From Eledone cirrhosa (Eukaryota): a DNA stretch of 64,000 nucleotides. Below, one piece after another: positions 23,601 to 35,600 of this stretch. The notes beneath the pieces were generated by a model, which worked only from the letters and a program-made list of their open reading frames with translations, was not told the origin of the DNA and ran no database searches. Each line of letters opens with the position of its first letter. The first letter of the stretch is position 1. The position numbers and the translations under genes are program-made. The stretch is taken from assembly GCA_964016885.1 (NCBI GenBank), contig OZ024742.1, positions 140,616,001-140,680,000 on the forward strand, read 5' to 3'.

Positions 23601-26600
23601 GATAAATATTATTCTTTTGTTATTAAGTTGAAAGTTAGTTATTTCACTAAATCTGAAAATCTCATAATTCTTGATTATTTTGATAATTATAACACAAAGG
23701 TAGAAATATGGACACAAAAGGGTTAAAATGCATGAATCTTTGCACTTCTAGAGAAGCTTGTTTAGGGAGGGTAAAAAACATTATAGGAGCATATGCTTTT
23801 ACCATTTTTATACTAATTTGCTCCAAACCGTCTATGCTTCTTTGGAACAAAACACCACATATTTTAATGAGTTCCTACTTCAATTAAAACTTTATAACAT
23901 AATTTTATATAAGATTTTGTTTTATGTTACAAATACCAATTTAATAATATTGTAATTTTAATAAACTTATTTCAAATTTTCCATTAATTAATTAAAATAC
24001 AATGTATTTCATTAGAAATCTGGTAATGAAAGGGTTCTGCACACCATCTTCCTTTGAATCCATCTTAACTTTTTCTTTTTAATTGTTTTGTGGAGAAGGG
24101 AAGGATAGTGTGTATAATGCTTTTCAGGGCCTCTGAAAAAGGTGAGGAGGAAGGGATACTGAAACTGGAGACTTGGCCCAAAAGCTTGCAACGTTATGAA
24201 CTCCACGAAAATTACCCAAGTAGGCCACAGAAGGATTTGGTTTCAGAATGCGAAAATTTAGAACAAATGCTGCTGTAAGGGATCTCTACTTGACTGGCAC
24301 ATTATTTTATTTTATCAACCCTGAAAAGGATGAAAGGCAATGAGTCTGCCAATCCACCACCTTTACAAAAATAATTTTAAAAAAAATCTGGCATCTACTG
24401 AAAAATCTTTATAATGAATAACGAATAAATTAACAGTGCCACATCAGTATATATACATACACATATATATATTTGATGTGTGTGCCCGAATGCAAATAAC
24501 CATAATAATGGTTTAAAAAATACAGGAACATTAACCTTGGAGATAGAAAATCGTAGACAGATGCCTCTATCCACTGTTCTGTCTACAGGAATACTTGACC
24601 CAATTTTCCCAAATATGGTAATTTGCATTGGGACACATATTTGAAATTTCCCCAATGATTCCTAAGTCAATTACTTTGTTTACAAATATGCTTAAATATG
24701 AATATATATATATTACATAAACATGAGCAAATAAACAGGTTCTATAGATATAGTGGATACTATGAAAAAAACAAAACTTTAAAAAATTTCCCTATATGCA
24801 TCAAAACAAGATGAAGCAAATAAAAAAAAGGACATTATTGAAAAGACATTTAAAATACCTAAAATGTTGCATGTGCCATTCATCATTGTGGTTTCTCATT
24901 TTGGCCTTGACCTCAACAGGTGACCTAGGAAATAATAAATTGTTTTACTAAGCAATGGCATGGCCCACCCCACCTTACAGGCATGACAGTGATAATATAT
25001 GGAAGTAAGTTGTCTCTGGCATCAAGGCATATATGTCATTTTTTTAAGGTTTCAAGAATTTCAAATATTTGTGAATGTTCTTTTATTCTTTATTTCTATT
25101 TATTTAATGATCAATGAAATAAATTACTGACTGTAATTTATCTAATCTAACACCATTAAGTGATTGGTGTTAGGTAGGGCATCCAGCTGCAGAAACCATG
25201 CCAATATATGGAACATATGAACACAGCATGGTATCTGAACTGCCTTGTCTTAGACCAAGATGACCTGTTCAACTTATGCCTGAATGGAACGCGGACATAA
25301 CATGATGAGGACAATCAAACTAACTACCAAGAATGTGTTAAATATTCAAATTGGTATATGTTATTTATTAAAGCGCTTAATAATGATTTTAAATACAATT
25401 TCAGTCATCACTTAAGAGTAAGATTAGTGATTGCTGATGCAACTATAGTCCAGGCACAGGGAACCTTTTTTGAGAAGTAGGCTGCATAGGATGTGGCTCA
25501 TCATAAGGTGGGCTGCACTACTAAAAAAAAATTCAAGGCAATTTTTAAATTAGACGTGCCATTCAGAATGCTAAATGGGCTGCAGTTTGCCCATGACTAT
25601 TATAGTCCAATCAATCTATCTGTTTCTATTCACAGTAAAATCATTTAAACAGACAATTGTTCATGACTGTCCAATTGATCTAATTTATATTAATTAGTTT
25701 AGACATGTAGTGTCATGTTTTTAGAACACTATAGGATCAGATAATTGCCACATAAACTATGACAATGTAACTTTAACCTTTTTCATATCAAACTGCCCTG
25801 GTTCTACAAATACAAAATGGTTTGTTTTATAGTTTTTCATTAATCTAAAACCTTTCATCATAATTCTATGCAAGAAGCTGTACGTTATATTTTAAACACA
25901 GCTTAATAACATATTACTAAATTTCTCCAAATTTTTGATTACTTTGAGTAATCAAAAATTTTTTGATGAGTTGAGAACCATAGGCAGTGTCTTTCATTAG
26001 AAATTTGATATTGAAAGGGTTAAAAATATATTTTATTCCACAAACACTAATAAAATGAATATTATTATTATTATATGAGATTCTGTAAATATACCAAATA
26101 GCCAAACTAATTTCATTGTTACTGTGGCTATCATTTCATCACATTCTATGTCTTTACCAGTATAGCGATGCACAAATTTGCTAATATCGTAATTTTGTCA
26201 GCATGTAATCTGCATTTGTGCAAGGTCAACCCGTTTCCTTGTTTTTGCAGACCTTCTGTATCTAGTACCGATGTCTTACAACTATACAGTGACAAAACTT
26301 TCTACACATTCATAGTCTGCTCTTTGCATGGGAAAAAAAACAAAACATTTTGTTCACAGAAAATTTCTCCCATCATTTATACTTTCAGTGGAACAGATAT
26401 AACACGCAAATAGACTGATTCCAATCTCATTTAGTGATTAGTCAATGGAGTTACCTTTTTGAAACCACCCTTGGTTTTATGATATAAAACTTTTAAAGTG
26501 TTTATTTTCATCTAAAAAACCTAACATCACAATTTTAGGTGGTGAACCTTTAACTTATGCTCCAAACACCAACTTAACGAGAAACTTTTTTTGTATTACA

Positions 26601-29600
26601 AAATCTCTCCAAATTCTTTATTTTCAAAATAATACAGCAATGTCTGTTATTAGAAATATGATAACTGAAGAGTTAATCTACCTATCTCACCATATTAACC
26701 TGGTAAAATAGATACCAGTTCAATTTCATGTTAAAATGATTGGCACATGGTTAAGTAACAACATCTGATTGTAAAATAAAAGGATTTACTCCAAGAAAAT
26801 TCAGTAACATTAAAATTCACACCATTCACTTCTGTTTAACATGGGAGATGAGTAAAAATAAACAAATATATATTGTCCTTGCCAATACAATTACTGCATT
26901 TGTTCTCTCTATGCACATACACAATGTTTTATTGTTACAGCTCACAGCTCTACTGTGTGCAAAAGGTTTAGCATAAGTACACTTTTCTTTCATGTTGTAA
27001 GGAGTGATTAAAATGGTTGGCACCAGAAAGGGCATCTGGCTGTAAAACCTCAAAAAAGGTCCTATGATGTATATGAAGCCTATTATAGTGCCCGCAAGGC
27101 ACTTAAAATGCTTCTAGTAGTTGTATAGTTAGAGCTCATGTTCATGTAGGTTTGGTTTAGCTGGGCTTCTACAAGGTTGCATCTCGATTTATTTAGGGTT
27201 TTGTGAAAAGACTACCTTCTAAGCTGAACACTAGTGTTAGTACTAATTTTTTTTCAGTGAACTGGAGCAGCATGAATGAAGTATCTTGCTCAAGGATAAC
27301 ATGCCACCTGGTCCATGAATCAAACCCATGACCATATGATTGTAAGTTCAACAACCTAACCGCAGATACTAAAGAAAGAACACATATTTTGTTAAAGAAA
27401 AATGTATAAATAAACCATTATACTAATACATTTTAAAACACAGCTTATGCAGGTATTGGTGCAAGAGACAGGATCAGTTATTCCCTGTAAATGTACAGAA
27501 CATTTTACTGAGCTTGAAAAAATAGTGTGAATGTGAGTGCATTAATTATAAATAACAGTGTATAGATTTTCACCTGGATCTAGTTCTGTGGTGACGAGGT
27601 CTGGAATGTGATCTGGACCTACGGGGAGACCTTTTCCTTGATCGTGATCGGCGATTTCGAGAGACAGAACGGCGACGAGAACGTGATCTTGAGTGTCTTT
27701 TGGGACTGGGTCTCGGTCTTGAACGGGACCTTGAGCGGGTTCGTGTGCGGCGCTTAGGTTTAGACTTAGATCGAGAACGAGAGTGACGTCGGCGACTTTT
27801 TGATTTGGACCGAGAACGGCTTCTCTTTTTATCTGTAATTTCTGAAAATAAAATCAAGGAAATGGAAGAGAATTGATTAAGAATTTCTTTCTTTTTTACA
27901 GACAAATATATTTCAGAACAGAAAGATAGACTACTTTTCATGTATTGATACAGCTGACACTTGATAGTTTTAGTCATTGTATGACAAGTCATGAGGGCAT
28001 GTGCCATATGACTTTTCATACACTATATGAAAACATTCGTTTATAAAATAGAACAAATTGTTTCTACTTTATTTTATCGACCCTGTAAGGATGAAAAGCA
28101 AAGTTAACCATGGCGGGATTTGAACTCAGACCGTAATTCTATGCTGCAAAGCATGGCGTCCGACCCTCTATTGATATTGCCAATCCACTGCTATTAACTG
28201 TAGAACAAATTAAAATATAGAATAATTTTGAGAAATTTAGTCAATCATATTGACCCTATATCAATTTTTCACGTCTGCTTCTTATTTCATTGAACCGCTG
28301 AGTTATTGGGCATAAGGAGACACATACACATATGTATATATATGTGTGTGTAAATATATGAAAAATGACCATGGGTTTTGCACCTAAAAAGTACCAATTT
28401 GAGGCACAACTCTGCAATGTGTTTTGTGGAAAACCAGCAGTGGTCCATGCATACTAGTCTCCCCATACCTTGTCACCGATTTTGTCCAAGGAAAAGGCAT
28501 AGGTCGTTACAGCTTGGCACCAGTTGCAACGCATTTCTACAGCTGAATGAACTTGAGCAATGTGAGATAAAGTGTCTTGCTCAAGAACACAACATGCCAC
28601 TCAGAACCTCAAAATTGTGCACCCAACACTAACTATTAAGTCATGTGCCCTCACTAGATATATACATAAACACACATATTTATATAAATAAAGAATAGGT
28701 TTTCTTTGAAAAATCATGACCATGCTCATGTTTGATAATTTTTTAATGGGATTTTCCATATTTTCTTATTAGTTCTTAATGTTTCGAGACCTTCACAACT
28801 CATCTTCAGAATAAGAATAGTAATAATGGTAATAAGTGGCATATTGTTCAGATGTTTTGCAGTGGACTAAGAAGAACATGTAAATACTATTAAAATCATA
28901 GACATCACAGTTTCCACCTACAAAATTTCACTCATAAGGCATTGGTTAACTCAAGGCTATAGTAGAATACCCATGCAGTGGGACTGAAAAAAACCCCCTT
29001 AGCCACACCTATTTAAGTAAAATATCATAGCTTGTTGCATTATTTCTTTTTCTGTAACTCAACTGTCAAATACACCAGTTAATTAATGAACCTTTTTGAC
29101 ACTGATCTGTCTGAAACTGCCTTTTGCTCTCCTCCTATCATAATTTTATGTAAGTACCAACTTAGTAATGAGCAAGATAGTTATAATACTAAATTCTTTA
29201 TTATTTTCAAAATTAACAGAAAATCATTGGCTGCAATTTTCATTATTAACAAGATTAATCAAATACCCCCCCCCCCCCCCCCCAATAATGATGGTATTAT
29301 TTACCTGGCTCTACAGCAGCAAGTATAAGAGACTGGGCCTCTTTCACTTTTTTCATAGCTTCCTCCAGTTCCCTCTGTGCAGTCTCCTGGCTTTTGTTCA
29401 CTGGTTTCACGATAGAACTGTTAGCATGGCTAACTCTGCAAATGTTAGAAATATTTTAGATGTTAATAAATTAAGAGAATTAGTATTGAATTAAGAGAAG
29501 AACTAATTTATTCACAGGAAATTTCACAATTGACTACACATCTTCAGTTAATTGACATATCCTAAAATTGTAAGCTGTGTATTTGGTTTCGAATAAGTAC

Positions 29601-32600
29601 ACTGCATTTCAGCATGTCATAGAAGCAACTAAAAGGGTTAACACCAAAAGATATACCCAACCATAAAACATTACTTCAAAAAAGACTCCATGATGAGCAT
29701 AAAACCTTTCATGGGTCTTGCAAGATTAACCCCTGCCACTAACAGGGAAAATGGCCTTAAAACACTGGCTGCTACATAAAGTTAAAAGTGAGCAAGCTAC
29801 TAGATTATTTGTTTTACTGATAACAATAAAAAGTCTTAATTTATGTGGTATAAATTTTGACTGACCTAGGACTAGATATCCTAGTGTTCAACTGTAGTAA
29901 TGTAATTCATCTATCAAAACTAAGAACTGCTTCAAACATTGTACAATTAACACTCTGAACATGCACTAAATGAAGGACTCATATACTGTATAAAGAGTGA
30001 AAATAATAATTGTTAATAATAATGAAAGTTTACTTCAAATTATACTGAAACTAAATTTTGACTATACATACATAATACAAACCCGCCAACCTCTAAAAAC
30101 CAAAACGGGAAGTACCATGAAAAAAAGTGCCCCAAAACAGGGAGAAATTATATAAAGAAAGCTATACTCATTTTCATAAGAGAAGACATCTCTCACCCAC
30201 TCCACAGTGGGTGGGAGATCTTCCCGTCAGATGGGGACAGTTGACAGGTCTGATAATATATATATATATTCTTCAATATACTTTGACTCATACTTATTTC
30301 ATAGATCTTGGTGGAAATGAACATAACATAATACATTTTATTATAAGTTATTTTTGTTTGATATACCAATTTATCTCAATTAATCAATAAAATAAACAAC
30401 GCTGCTGCTACCACCACCACCATCATCATCATCATTTAACATTCACTTTCCTTGCTAGCAAAAGTTAGGCAGGTTGTCAGACGCAGTATATATATATACA
30501 ATGGGTTCCATCTCTTTTTCTGTCAACTAAATTTCACTCACAGGGCATTAATTAACTCGAGGCTATAGTAAGATACATGGCTAAGATGTCATGCAATAGA
30601 ATCGAACCTGAAACCAAATATCTGTGAAGCTAAAATCTCAACTATACTGCAGCCTAACAATGATGATCAAGTTTCATGGTCATCAAAATCAAATTTAACC
30701 CTGCAATGTTCAAACTGGCCAGAATTCTCTACCTCTTTCTGTTGAAACTGGCTGTAATTGGTCGCTCAAACTGATGTTAAGGTATTGTTCTCAAAATAAA
30801 TACTTTCAAAATCTCATAGATTCGATATTATGTGAGGTAAGGCCTTTACCATGAAAATATAATAGTATATATAAAGAAATGTGAATGCTAAAGGGTTAAT
30901 AGTTACCCATGCTAGTGTGGAAGATGGAGGTTAAACGATGATGAATGTAATTATAGTGTTTTTCTTTACATATAGCAAAATTGAATTAACCCTTTTGATA
31001 TCAAACTACCTCTGTTTTTATGATACAAAACCTTTAATTTTAAAGGTGTTCAAATATAAATTAGAACCTTCTATTATAATTCTAGTGTAAAACTAATTGT
31101 TATGTCAACTTACTTGATTGGTCGTCCACCTAACATTGTGTTGTTATAGGTGAGGACTGTGGCAACTGCTCGTTGGTCAGTGAACTCTACAAAGGCACAA
31201 CGGGTTGGCATGTTCTCCTCGCCAGCCATACGGACATACTTCACTTCGCCCACTTGACTGAAGAAAGCTAAAAGTTGTTCAGCAGTTACCTGAAATCATG
31301 CAACACAAACCAAAAAAAGAAAGATAATAATAATTTTCAGTACACCCTCACCAAAGACGTTCAAGCAACATTTATATGAAGTTATTTAACAGCAACAAGC
31401 ATTTTAAGGTCATTTTCTCCTGACAAGGTAATGCTTAGCCTAGCAGACTCTTGGATAGGCTTCTCCATCACTACTCACTGGCAATAAATTCCTCTTCTAT
31501 TATCTTTAGCTATGAATTCCTTGGTCTTCAAATTCCTATATTTCTCTCCAGATTAATTTCCAACACTTCTCTCACCTAGTCACTCGTCTTCCCTCAACCA
31601 TCTCGTTCCTTTTCTCTTCACAACATTCATTACTGTCTATTTCCCCATAACTTTAACCCTTCTTCAACACATGACCCAATCATCTCATTCCATTTCTCTT
31701 CACAATATTCACCAATGGCTTTATTCATCTCTCCCAGTTACTTTCATCCTTCTTCAACACACGACTCAACCATCTCATTCCATTTCTTTTCACAACATTC
31801 TTCACTGGCTCTGTTACTCTCAACCAGTCACCTTCATCCTTCCACAACGCGACTCAACCATCTCATTCCAGTTTTCTCCACAACATTCATCACAGTCTCT
31901 ATTCCTATTATCCTCTGCAAAAGACCTCAAAAATGAGTATGATTATACAAAATATTTCCCAGATATAAACCACTTAAAGCAATCTTGTGTTCATTGTATT
32001 GCAACAACAGAATTATTGTAAATTTCAAATGTCATTTTGATTCTACATTGATTTAATTTTCTAACATACCTATTATTCCCCACTGATAACAGTTAAGAAA
32101 AGAAAATATTTGCTCACAAAAAAATATAAAATGAATCAAATATATTTAAGCTTTTTAATACCAATAAGCCTAAGACTGTTTCTATTTAAATTAAAATCAC
32201 TAATCATAATTTTATGCATGGAACTTTTTAAAGTGATATAAACACTTTGATACCAAACTGTTTGTTTTAAAGTGCTTATATTTAACTAAAAACATCAATG
32301 TTTTTACATCCATTTTTCCATGCTTGCATGAGTTGGATGGGTCCTTCTCAGCACAGCATCTCGCCATTTGTTGCGTCTCTGTGAGTCTTGTTGATTTGAG
32401 GTCAGCTCTCACCACCTCTGTCCAGGTCTTTCTTGGTCTACCTCTACTGTGGCTTCATTCCACTGGCACTTCTTCACCCATGCGTATCACATGTCCGTAC
32501 CAACGTAGTCTTCTCTTCTGCACACCACCTCGGATTCCTCTTAAACCCATTTTCTCCCTCAGTTCATCGAAGCTCTGCTTTTCTCTCACATTTACAATAC

Positions 32601-35600
32601 ACATTCAATGAAGCAGGGTTGCTTCATTTCTCTTCAGTTTATGCATGTCTGCTGCAGTCACTGCCCATGTTTCATTACCATGCTGCATTGCACACAAACA
32701 TCATACAGTTGTCCTTTTGTACGTAGGGAGAAACTTTTTGTTGTCAACAGCGGGAGCAGCTCTCTAAACTTCTTCCATCCTATCCTAGCTATTATGCTCT
32801 CAGAGTATCCTCCTCCACTGCTAATTATGTCACCTAGATAGCAGAAGCTACCAACAACTTCTATGGGGCCTTCCTGTGACTTGAGGAGGTTTATATCAGA
32901 CACTGTTCCCCTCAATTTCTCCTGTACATCTTCAACATATAAAGCCTTCCCTTCTTGTTAGTCTACCCATTATCCCACTACATCTCTTGTGCCCAAGGTT
33001 TATATTGTGTATACCATATGGAGTTTATGCCTACTCCTTTTCTACATATGGAGCAGGGCCACTTCCTTGAAGGGATCAGGGTCCTATCTTCTTTCCTACT
33101 CACTAGCACTTCCAACATAATTTTATGAAAGAACCTTCATTAAGTTATGTTCAAAACACCAGCTTAATAAGGAGAAATTAATTATATTATTTATCTCGCT
33201 CCAATTTATGATTATTTTCAAAATTATTTTAAAATTTCAGATTTTTTCTATTAGAAATGTAGTGATAAAAGGGTTAATAGAAAAAACAAACAAAAATAAG
33301 TTGCGCATTTCATTGGTGGTCATGAAAGGATTAAATAACTACTTACGGAGCTATCTATATTAAACACATAGACAGTTCGTCTAATCTCCTCTATTTTGCT
33401 GGGGTCTGTGGTTCCTGGCAAAGGTGGATATTGGGCTAAACCCAGAGCAGTCAAACGGGGATCATAAGTGGTGATAACTTGTCCATTTCCTTGACCAGTC
33501 ATCTAGTTTTGTAAAAAAAAAAAAAAAAAGAATATATACTGAACATAAACGGATATTATAAATCACAAAATGTGTATTTGATAGAAGTGTGTCAATGTAG
33601 ATTTTAGCCCTTTTATTACCAAAATGCTTGAAATTGTTCTTGATTCTACTATAGAAAGCTGTTTATTTTAAAGTGCTTTTATATTTATCTTAAAACCTTC
33701 CACCATAATTTTATGTAACAACTTTTGTGAAATAAAGCTCTAAAATGAGAAAGTTATTTTATGAAACTCCTCTAAATTCTTGATTATTTTCAAATGTCTT
33801 TCATTAGAAACATGGTAAGAGTTAAAGAAGAGAAAAATGTATATATAGGAATGTTTGGAGGTATTCATGCTTCACAAAGAAGAAATTTCAGCTCAAGCCA
33901 TACCATTTCAAACAAATCTAAACAAGGCTATAGGTTTGGATTACTGAGGGGTTATTTTTTAAATTAAAAACTTTTTGTTTTATGAAGTTAAGCATATGGT
34001 GATGTGAAAAGAAAGAATATATAATTCTACAATACAATTGAAGTTAGTGATTTAGCAAAGTTATTAGAGCGTAGGATTTGTTCTGGTCATTTGTGCTCTA
34101 AATTCAGATGCTACTGAAGCCAACTTAGCCTTTCACTTTTTCAGAAGTCAATAAATAAATAGCAGTACAGGGTAGTAGATTGGTGGAATTGTTAGAGTAT
34201 TGGTCAAGAACTGGGGCTTCTATTAATGACACCTCATAGGGGGCTGGCACATGTGTGAGTCCTAACAACAAAAACACAACCGAAAAGATGCTAACATACC
34301 TGGCTGACAACATTACTAGGCCATGCTGGCTGGCCTGGAATCATTCCAGCTATAGCTGAAGGAGCAAGCTGCAGAGCAGTAGTTTCATCTGGAATTTTCC
34401 CTAGAGTAATAGAAAAATTATATTGGAAATCATGAAAATAAAACAATTACATCAAGGGAAAATCCATCTATAAAAACACGGTATACTCTTTAAAGTGGAT
34501 GGCATTAGGAAGAACATCCAACCATAGAAACTACGTGAAGATGAAAGTTTATTTTGTATATTTAGTGAGACGTGGTTCCCTAACATATCAAGGAAGACAG
34601 TAGCTCTGATAAATACTGACTTGGTCTGTAACAAACTGTAACCCACGCCAGCATGGAAAAGTGAACATAAAATTATGATGATGAAACAAAAACTGTTATA
34701 TTCACTTTCCATTTACTTGGATGTCAAAATTTCCGCCCTATTCTTTGCAGCCCGACATCATGAAATAAATATATAGTGAAGTTAACAGTTTTTGCATTTA
34801 AAAAAAAAAATGTCTAAAATGACTCTTCCACAATGTAATTATATCAGTTTCAACACAGATTCAAATTAATTTACTTGCCAATCAACTACACATCTGAAAT
34901 AATTATAAAATATTAACTTAATTATTTTATTCAATATATCAGCTTTAACAAAATAAGTTTGAAAACTTATTTATCATGATGGGAATCAATGCATTTGCCC
35001 AACATGCAACCAAGTCTCCCTCAAAATCTGTTAATGTCTTTAAAAAAGACTCATTAGATAACAGAATCCTAGATATATAAAAAGACTGGTTGGATAGAAT
35101 ACTTTTGATTGTGTCCGTTTAGAGTAGTGAGGTCTTACAGAGCTGGTGACACACTAAAATGCACTCCATATACTTAGTAAAGTGATTGGTGACTGAATAG
35201 AGACAGCATAGTGTCAAAAAGATGTTTTAGTTCTTCCAAGGACATAATCTCTAGTGCTAGTGCCATGGTAAAATGCAAGTGGTATATTAAACCTATGCAA
35301 CATAGTTGGCATTAATAAGGGCATCCAACCACAAAAATTATACCAAAAATGGAATGTACGAGCAAGACATTGTCTTCTGACCCATCTATTAAGAACTGCT
35401 TTGGATTTTAACAACCTGTACAACCCATGCCAACATGGAAAGTGGACATAAAATGATGATAAATAAATGAGGAAAAAAGTGCGATAAATCCATTCTATGA
35501 CTGATGAGCTATATGGCAATTAATGTGGATTGTTTTAAGTGTTTACCATCCATTACTGGAACAACGATCAAAGCTCTGTCAATGAACACTGTATTGGTTA

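Noticed and set aside
26823-26831. Possible 9-nt microexon after a good - strand acceptor (ttaaacag|aagtgaatg)
   Set aside because: The following donor (gtgtga) is too weak to support the call from sequence alone.
27842-28019. Upstream part of the 149-aa ORF 27570-28019
   Set aside because: Intronic read-through upstream of a clear acceptor at 27842-27843.
31590-31900. Repeat array considered as CRISPR-like
   Set aside because: Eukaryotic intron; whole units are repeated with no unique spacers and no cas genes.
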